From positions 20,569 to 84,568 of the IMG/VR virus record IMGVR_UViG_3300033146_000244: a DNA stretch of 64,000 bases, one strand, 5' to 3'. This stretch comes from a virus. Below are positions 57,682-64,000 of this stretch, in pieces (within the stretch, counting starts at the first letter, position 1; every line of letters begins with the position of its first letter). Both the position numbers and the translations under genes were made by a program. The notes under the pieces were generated by a model, which was not told where the DNA came from, ran no database searches, and saw nothing but the letters and a program-made list of their open reading frames with translations.

Positions 57682-60600
57682 ATGCAACAACAAGCACAAA
57701 ACACATATATAGGTGGTATTAATAGAGATAAATCTAAACACTTGCCTAATAAGGATACAATGTGGAACAATGAGAACTTTAGGGTACTTACACAAGAAGG
57801 TGATAGTAGTTTGGCATTGGTTACTGTGAAGGGTAATAAAGAGATAAAGGATAATGGCGGAACGCCACTCAATACCGAAGTAGGCTTTAGTATAATCGGT
57901 CATGGGGTAATACGTAATGATGTTATATTGTTTGCTACCAGTGATGATGGTTCTGAAGGGGTACTACCCACTAAAAGTAGAATATACTTGTTTAAGTGGG
58001 ATAATGTTAATGATGTGTTTTATCCACGTATCAACTTATATGAAGATGACAACAATAGTGTTACGGGTACTCTATCAGAGGGATTGCAGTTACAGGCTAA
58101 GATAGACACTGTTACAAGATGGGAGACTAACTATATACAAAAGGTATATTGGACTGATGGTGTTAATAATATAAGGTACGTTAATATAAGTCCTGATATA
58201 GATAGTACTACTGGACTGCCAAAAGATGGTTCAAACGTATCTCATTACACACGTACACGTGGAATGGATATAGAGGACTTTGATATAGTGCAGAAAATGG
58301 AGTTACCTGAACCACTATTTGAAGGATACGCTAGTGGTGAGTTAAGAGCTGGTATGATACAATTTAGTTATAGGTTCTATAATTTGTATGGTGGAGAAAG
58401 TATGTTTGGTCAAGCTAGTAATCTAATACCCATATTTAAAGATAGTCATACAAATAATAGTATTAACATAAAGGGGTCTTTAGTAGATACTAACTGTAAG
58501 AAGACTGTTAAAGGTTCATTAGCGTTGTATGGTGCTAATTTAAAATTTGATAGAGTAGAGATAGTTTCTTTATGGTATCCTATTTTAAAAGGTGTTCCTA
58601 CTATTAATGTAATAGATATACAGAAGATAGCTGATACAGATGTAGCATACACTATAAACTTTGAGGATACGGGTACAGACTACTTAGATAGTATTAGTTT
58701 GGAGGAGTATAGAAATATAAAGAGTGACTATATAGCTAAGACATTTAATACAAAAGACGACAGAGTATTTTTAGGTAATATAAAAGAAAGGTACTTTGAT
58801 ATAGGAGTGTTTGATACAAGGGCTTATAGATTTAACAGTAGTGGTGATTGTGTAATATATGATAACGAGGGTACAGGCAAAGTTGTTACACCTGGTACTT
58901 ACGATACAGTACCAGAAGACCATGATTGTATAAATTGGTATAAGAATGATTTAACACATGATGAAGCTGTTAGATTAAACCCGGCACTAGATTACCAGTA
59001 TAAGTCAGATGGTGTGACTAGAGGTGGTAGTGGTCTTAATATAGATTATAGATTTGGGTTTAAAACTTTTCAGAAAGATAATGGTAATTCTAATATACAA
59101 GCAGGGTTTGACTATGATAAAGCGGATACAGAGTGGCAACTTGGTACTTATAAAGGATTTCAGCATGATGAGATATACAGATTTGGTATTGTGTTCTTTG
59201 ATAATAAGGGTAGGCAAAGTTTCGTTAGATGGATAGGTGATATAAGAATACCGAGACATGATGAGTATGCTGCTATGGAAGCGGTGTACCCTGTATTCAA
59301 TGTACATGGGGAGCTTCCTAAAAATAGTGATGGTACTGATGTAGAGTATCAGATAGTGTATGTTAAAAGAGAAGGTAAAGATAGAACTGTTATAGCCAAC
59401 GGTATATGTAGGAGTGTTGAAAGCGATATGACTGGTAATGGTGTCACTACACGGTACAGTATGTATGAAAACCCTACTTGCACTGGTAGTACGGCGACTG
59501 TGCCAGTAATAGCAACTAGGCCAGCTATAAATGCTACAGAGATGTTATTCTACTCACCTGAACTAGATTTTAATGATATAGACTTAAATGACACGTACAT
59601 ATCTTTTGTACTAAAAAGTGGTATTGATGTTAGAACGGTAGTCACAGAAGGTGAGGGGTTAGATGGTACTGAGAGGTTCTCAGGCGTTGTAAAGCTGGCT
59701 CCTGCTATAACACCGTTGAGTGTACCGTATAACTCAGTAAAGGTGCGATATACAAGAACAGTTGATTCAGAAGCGTACTTACTAGCAGCACACTCTAAGA
59801 TAATGGAGTTTGGTAAAGTTACTACGTTACCTGACAATGCACAGTTCTTTTCATACACTTCTGAGGGTAGAAGACTACCTAATGGGGTTAGAAGACCCTT
59901 AAGTGTTGTTACCGATGCTCTATTTTTAAAGACATCCTCTCCTATGACAGTTGTTGGGTCGTATGCGTCTATACGTAGAAAGATAAAAGGCTATGGTGGA
60001 GATACGTATGTGGATAGACAACAGAATACATATATACCAGCTGCTGGTTTGAATAGCTGGAACTGCGTGTACGGTGATACGTATATAGGGTGGCACAGTA
60101 GACAGTATAGTGGGATAGGGCAGCTGTATAACGATGATGGTGAACGTGGGGACATTATGACAACGTCTCGTGACATTAACAGCGATATTTGGGCAGGAGA
60201 AACATTTACAGAGAACAGTGGAAGTACTATAAATATGTTATTTAAAGTAGAAACCTCAGTAGTTTTACCTTTATCGTCTGGTGATGATTTGAATAGGAGA
60301 GTTAATGATGGTGATGCTAGACTATTGTGGATTGTTAATAATAGGAAAACTTTAACTGGTACTACAAAGGATACGTCTGATTGGCTAGCTGCTGATAATA
60401 GTGTAAAATATCTACATGAACTAGACTATGACGATGCACACATATATAATCCAGTATATAGCAAAGTACATGATGATAAGGTGTTCTTTCCAAAACCTTT
60501 GGACTGGCAGAAGCAGGTACACTTTGATACACGTATAAGATGGTCTAATCCTAAGATTAATGGAGAAGAGAGGGATAGTTGGTTAAAGTACTTAGCTAAT

Positions 60601-61626
60601 AACATGCAAGATGTAGATAACAGATACGGTAGCTTAAACAGATTAGTAAACTTTAAAAATACATTGTTTGCATTTCAAGAGGCTGGTTTTTGTCAATTAC
60701 CCGTAAATGAGAGAGCAGTCACAAGTGGTACAAGTGGGAGTGCTGTATCTTTAGGTAGCGGTTCTGTGCTACCTAAGCACATGAACTATATGGCTGGTAG
60801 TACTGTAGCAGGAATACAAAATGGTAATAACGTTATACAGTCATCACAGGCTATATATTGGATAGATGCTAATAAGAAGAAGCTATATAGATACACGGGA
60901 CAAACAGGGAGTCTTAGTGATGTAAAAGGTTTATCTGGGTACTTTGGAAAAGAGATTGATGACAAGACTACATACATAGGTGCATATAATAATAGGTATG
61001 CCGAAGTTATGGTAACAGTTAATAATACGACTATAGTTTATAACGAACTTATAGATGCTTTTCAAGGTTGGTTTACACTAGCACCTACCGATTACATAAA
61101 GACACCTATAAAGTTCTTAACAAGTGGTAACAGCAAGCTACTATGGGAACATGACGTAGGTAACTATGGAACATGGTATAATGAGGTGTACCATTCTGTT
61201 GTGTCGTTAATAGTTAATCCAGATGGCAGTGTTACAAAGGAATTTAATAACGTACAATACATGTCAGAGAGTTCCGATATAAATGGTATAGATATTATGT
61301 ACGATACTTTAAATACTCTGCAGGGTAGTAACGATTATCAATCCTCAGAGGTTATAGAATTATTACCGTATAATAATGGTGATACTCTATATGTAGGTGG
61401 TTTACAAATACCCGTTACAGCCCCTACTACTATTAAGAATATAAGACGTAGAGAGCGTATATGGAGAACAGTCGTGCCAAGAGTAGAGGAAGAGATATTA
61501 GACATAGATAACCAACGATTACGAGATGCTTACTGTAAATTAACATTTACATATTACAATGCAGATAATAATAGGTTAGTATTGCATAACATGATAACAT
61601 TTTATAGAAATGCTAGTAAAACTTAA
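57682..61626 (+). CDS. Tail stabilisation / muzzle protein (P22 gp10-like)
   Basis: 1314 aa; GG.NRD.S, KVYWTDG.N.IR, EIYRFGIVF, YGG.TY..R, DVD..YG, RRRER.WR...R, RLR..Y. Confidence 0.88.
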   Translation: MQQQAQNTYIGGINRDKSKHLPNKDTMWNNENFRVLTQEGDSSLALVTVKGNKEIKDNGGTPLNTEVGFSIIGHGVIRNDVILFATSDDGSEGVLPTKSRIYLFKWDNVNDVFYPRINLYEDDNNSVTGTLSEGLQLQAKIDTVTRWETNYIQKVYWTDGVNNIRYVNISPDIDSTTGLPKDGSNVSHYTRTRGMDIEDFDIVQKMELPEPLFEGYASGELRAGMIQFSYRFYNLYGGESMFGQASNLIPIFKDSHTNNSINIKGSLVDTNCKKTVKGSLALYGANLKFDRVEIVSLWYPILKGVPTINVIDIQKIADTDVAYTINFEDTGTDYLDSISLEEYRNIKSDYIAKTFNTKDDRVFLGNIKERYFDIGVFDTRAYRFNSSGDCVIYDNEGTGKVVTPGTYDTVPEDHDCINWYKNDLTHDEAVRLNPALDYQYKSDGVTRGGSGLNIDYRFGFKTFQKDNGNSNIQAGFDYDKADTEWQLGTYKGFQHDEIYRFGIVFFDNKGRQSFVRWIGDIRIPRHDEYAAMEAVYPVFNVHGELPKNSDGTDVEYQIVYVKREGKDRTVIANGICRSVESDMTGNGVTTRYSMYENPTCTGSTATVPVIATRPAINATEMLFYSPELDFNDIDLNDTYISFVLKSGIDVRTVVTEGEGLDGTERFSGVVKLAPAITPLSVPYNSVKVRYTRTVDSEAYLLAAHSKIMEFGKVTTLPDNAQFFSYTSEGRRLPNGVRRPLSVVTDALFLKTSSPMTVVGSYASIRRKIKGYGGDTYVDRQQNTYIPAAGLNSWNCVYGDTYIGWHSRQYSGIGQLYNDDGERGDIMTTSRDINSDIWAGETFTENSGSTINMLFKVETSVVLPLSSGDDLNRRVNDGDARLLWIVNNRKTLTGTTKDTSDWLAADNSVKYLHELDYDDAHIYNPVYSKVHDDKVFFPKPLDWQKQVHFDTRIRWSNPKINGEERDSWLKYLANNMQDVDNRYGSLNRLVNFKNTLFAFQEAGFCQLPVNERAVTSGTSGSAVSLGSGSVLPKHMNYMAGSTVAGIQNGNNVIQSSQAIYWIDANKKKLYRYTGQTGSLSDVKGLSGYFGKEIDDKTTYIGAYNNRYAEVMVTVNNTTIVYNELIDAFQGWFTLAPTDYIKTPIKFLTSGNSKLLWEHDVGNYGTWYNEVYHSVVSLIVNPDGSVTKEFNNVQYMSESSDINGIDIMYDTLNTLQGSNDYQSSEVIELLPYNNGDTLYVGGLQIPVTAPTTIKNIRRRERIWRTVVPRVEEEILDIDNQRLRDAYCKLTFTYYNADNNRLVLHNMITFYRNASKT

Positions 61627-62918
61627 TGAGTATGTATAGAGATAGATATAGTAGAAGAAGATATGGAGCAGGTGGTGCTATAGGAGGTTCTATAGGGGCG
61701 CTTGCTGGTTCATTCATACCAATACCAGGAGTAGGTACTGCAATAGGTGGAGCACTGGGCAAAGCAGCTGGCAATGCAATAGAAAAACAATTCTTTAGTA
61801 ACCCTCAGAACAATGCAGAGGTAGTAACAAATAGTAATATAAACAGCCGAGAAAATCAAAGCCTTGATATAAATCCTTATGGGAACAGCTTTGGTGGAGG
61901 AGGCAACTTAAACCGCAACAACATGACATTAGCACAGTATTATGAGAGTATAAACCAGCGTATGCCTAGTTTAGAAAACAGAAGAATAGAGATGACTAGA
62001 CTTGGCTTAGACGGTAGTACAGCTGGAACACCAGAAGGTAATCAAAAATTATTACAGGCACTACAAACAGCAAATGACCCAACACAAACATACGGAGATG
62101 TAGGTAGTGGTGGATACGTACCAGGACAACAAGGTAACTCAACTATCCTACCGAATGCAGAAGGTACTAATTATAGTAGTACAAGTGAACGTACAGCAGG
62201 ACAAACAGCACCAGAGTTTGATAACACTAGACACGCCAATACACTGAGTGATGCTAATCAGCAGTACATGGATGACGAAGCTAACTGGAGTTATGGACAT
62301 CACCGTACAGGAGGTAATAGTTCTCCTGGAGACGGGGCGTATAACGCAGAGCCTTATAAACAGTTAGAAGGTAACCAACCAGAACCTGTGACAGAGGAAA
62401 AAGCAGACCCAACTAAATGGGTTAGTAAACTTATGTTGATGCCAAATGGTAGAGAAAAATCTGTAATGTTCCAACCAAGCACAGGTGATATACAAGTCAA
62501 AAGAGCTGGGCAAGGTAGTAGGAAGTTATCTAGGAATAACGTATGGTACGGAAAAGACAGTGATGCACAAGGTAGTAAACTTACCAATGAAGAAGTTAAT
62601 GATAAGTTTAATAGGAGTACTACCTATGATGAAAAAGTAAATAAAGACGGTACACGTATGCGTAGATACAAAGGAACTGGTGATAATTACGAATATTATG
62701 TTAAAGATGATGATAAGAAAAAATGGGAAAATGTCAATAGTATAAGAAGTACTAGTAGATATGCAGGTTTATTTGGTGGTACTACAACTGATGCAAGTGT
62801 ATTGAGAGATAGTTATGCTAACTTTACTGGTTCAAGTGCTACTGGTGAAATGTCTAGCCACAGTACTACTGGTAATAGAACAACCAGTAGGCATACCAAC
62901 GCAAATACACAAAGATAG
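61626..62918 (+). CDS. Virion cargo (ejected) protein, Gly-rich hydrophobic N-terminus
   Basis: GGAIGGSIGALAGSFIPIPGVGTAIGGALG glycine zipper; follows the muzzle gene. Confidence 0.65.
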   Translation: MSMYRDRYSRRRYGAGGAIGGSIGALAGSFIPIPGVGTAIGGALGKAAGNAIEKQFFSNPQNNAEVVTNSNINSRENQSLDINPYGNSFGGGGNLNRNNMTLAQYYESINQRMPSLENRRIEMTRLGLDGSTAGTPEGNQKLLQALQTANDPTQTYGDVGSGGYVPGQQGNSTILPNAEGTNYSSTSERTAGQTAPEFDNTRHANTLSDANQQYMDDEANWSYGHHRTGGNSSPGDGAYNAEPYKQLEGNQPEPVTEEKADPTKWVSKLMLMPNGREKSVMFQPSTGDIQVKRAGQGSRKLSRNNVWYGKDSDAQGSKLTNEEVNDKFNRSTTYDEKVNKDGTRMRRYKGTGDNYEYYVKDDDKKKWENVNSIRSTSRYAGLFGGTTTDASVLRDSYANFTGSSATGEMSSHSTTGNRTTSRHTNANTQR

Positions 62919-64000
62919 TGCAAGGACAACCTATAAATAATGTTACTGAATACAAAGGTGCAACACACGAACAGGGTGGTGTGCCTTTGGGTAACACAGG
63001 AAATGAAGTAGAAGGAGGAGAAACTAGATACAAGGACTTTGTATTTAGTGATAGAATTTTAGTACCTGAGACTAGGAAGACTTTCGCAGAAGAGTCTAAG
63101 AGGATAAAGAACAAGTATAAAGACAGACCTAATGATGTGATAGCACAAAAGAGCTTAGAGCAGGAGCTTAATAGGTTATCTCAATCACAGGAGGAGTTGA
63201 AACAAATGATTGCACCCCCACAAGCACCTGATGGAGTTCCACGTAGTGGAGGTGGAGAAGGAATGGGATTAGGACAACAGATGCAAGGTGGTCAAGGAAT
63301 GCAAGGAGAGATGGGAGTACAACAAGGTGGTCAGGTAGCCCCCAGTGTAATGGATAATCAGGTAGAACAAGGTGCGCCGATGCAAGTACCACAAGAGCAG
63401 CAGTTAGGGCAACCAATGGCATTTGGTGGTACAGTTAGAAAGTTAGGTGGCGGTGGTGATGTTAATGGTGATGGTGAGGTATTTGGAGGTGATGGTGACC
63501 CTAAATGGTGGAATACTCGTAAAAATAAAAAGGAAAAGATAGCTGCTATACTTGAAAGTACAACAGAAGTAGTACATTCATCGGTGTATAATAGACGAGG
63601 TGAGAGGTTATTTCAAGCACATGGGTCTGGTGGTGGTGCTAGTACCTACTACCTAAAAGAAGATAAGGCCGGTAATGTTGTAAACAGTAATAAAGTACAG
63701 TACCTTCTCGCCGATAGTGATAAAGAGGGTAAAACTGGCTACTACTCAGCTAAAGCTAGAGAGGCTAGGATAAACAAAGCAAATAGTGGTAATAATAATA
63801 CCGGTATAGAAGACCCAGATAAGCAAAGTAACGGCATATTTGGTAAGTTAATAGGTGAGAGCATACGTAATTTCGCTAATAAGCACACTAATAAAGGTAA
63901 TGGTGGTGGTGAGGATGCACGCAGTATTGAAGAGGGAGTATCAAGTAGTGGTAATAATAACAGTATCACGCAAGATGCAGACATAGTAAGTACACCTGAA
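62918..64000 (+). CDS. Virion cargo protein, 3' truncated, not in ORF track
   Basis: GTG at 62918 overlaps the previous TAG; the frame is open for 361 codons to the window end; contains GATHEQGGV...EVEGGE...VFSDR, a crAss cargo-protein motif. Confidence 0.75.
   Translation, partial: MQGQPINNVTEYKGATHEQGGVPLGNTGNEVEGGETRYKDFVFSDRILVPETRKTFAEESKRIKNKYKDRPNDVIAQKSLEQELNRLSQSQEELKQMIAPPQAPDGVPRSGGGEGMGLGQQMQGGQGMQGEMGVQQGGQVAPSVMDNQVEQGAPMQVPQEQQLGQPMAFGGTVRKLGGGGDVNGDGEVFGGDGDPKWWNTRKNKKEKIAAILESTTEVVHSSVYNRRGERLFQAHGSGGGASTYYLKEDKAGNVVNSNKVQYLLADSDKEGKTGYYSAKAREARINKANSGNNNTGIEDPDKQSNGIFGKLIGESIRNFANKHTNKGNGGGEDARSIEEGVSSSGNNNSITQDADIVSTPE

Larger units (their letters stand above)
5011..63350. 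repeat. Dispersed motif WTACACWGGGG(G), about 13 copies
   Basis: Exact TACACTGGGG on + near 5011, 15115, 22126, 30917, 39133, 54271 and on - near 38410, 53036, 63339. TACACAGGGG on - at 11420 and 30312. Weaker copies at 17463 (-) and 42996 (+). Confidence 0.85.

Noticed and set aside
5011-63350. TACACTGGGG pairs as invertase or transposon ends
   Set aside because: Several pairs lie within terminase or span structural genes, where inversion or excision would be lethal; no recombinase or transposase is seen.
1298-63984. Numerous short antisense or alternate-frame ORFs in the track
   Set aside because: They are shadows of longer genes on the coding strand with no recognisable motifs.
1-64000. 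Stop-codon reassignment (TAG/TGA), common in some crAss-like phages
   Set aside because: Genes are full length in code 11, TAG terminates terminase and scaffold at expected ends, and no suppressor tRNA is seen.

Overview
This AT-rich window is most of a crAss-like (Crassvirales-type) Bacteroidota podovirus genome, read in the standard genetic code. 1-1847 (+) is the C-terminal end of a giant virion cargo/RNA-polymerase-module protein. It converges at a bidirectional terminator with a ~33 kb minus-strand block (1915-35351). That block holds the replication and nucleotide genes (dUTPase, class II RNR with a mini-intein, GroES-like protein, primase, SSB, DnaB-like helicase, ATP-dependent ligase, AAA ATPase, PolA) and then an accessory/early region. 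The early region contains two GH73 muramidases, exported proteins, an orphan MazF/PemK-fold gene and several structured intergenic RNAs. A 1.2 kb divergent non-coding control region (35352-36523) precedes the plus-strand morphogenesis block: nuclease, IHF-like protein, terminase, portal, major capsid, ring/hub/fibre proteins, muzzle, and cargo proteins running off the end. Three signals are not explained by the gene annotation: (1) the motif TACACWGGGG(G) recurs about 13 times across the window, mostly inside essential genes and in almost strictly alternating orientation; (2) a 69-nt tRNA look-alike has intact acceptor, D and T arms, but a C(UACG)G tetraloop replaces its anticodon loop; (3) a ~250-nt GNRA/receptor/pseudoknot-type RNA lies directly downstream of the orphan MazF-like gene. 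All calls come from motif recognition by eye; no searches were run.
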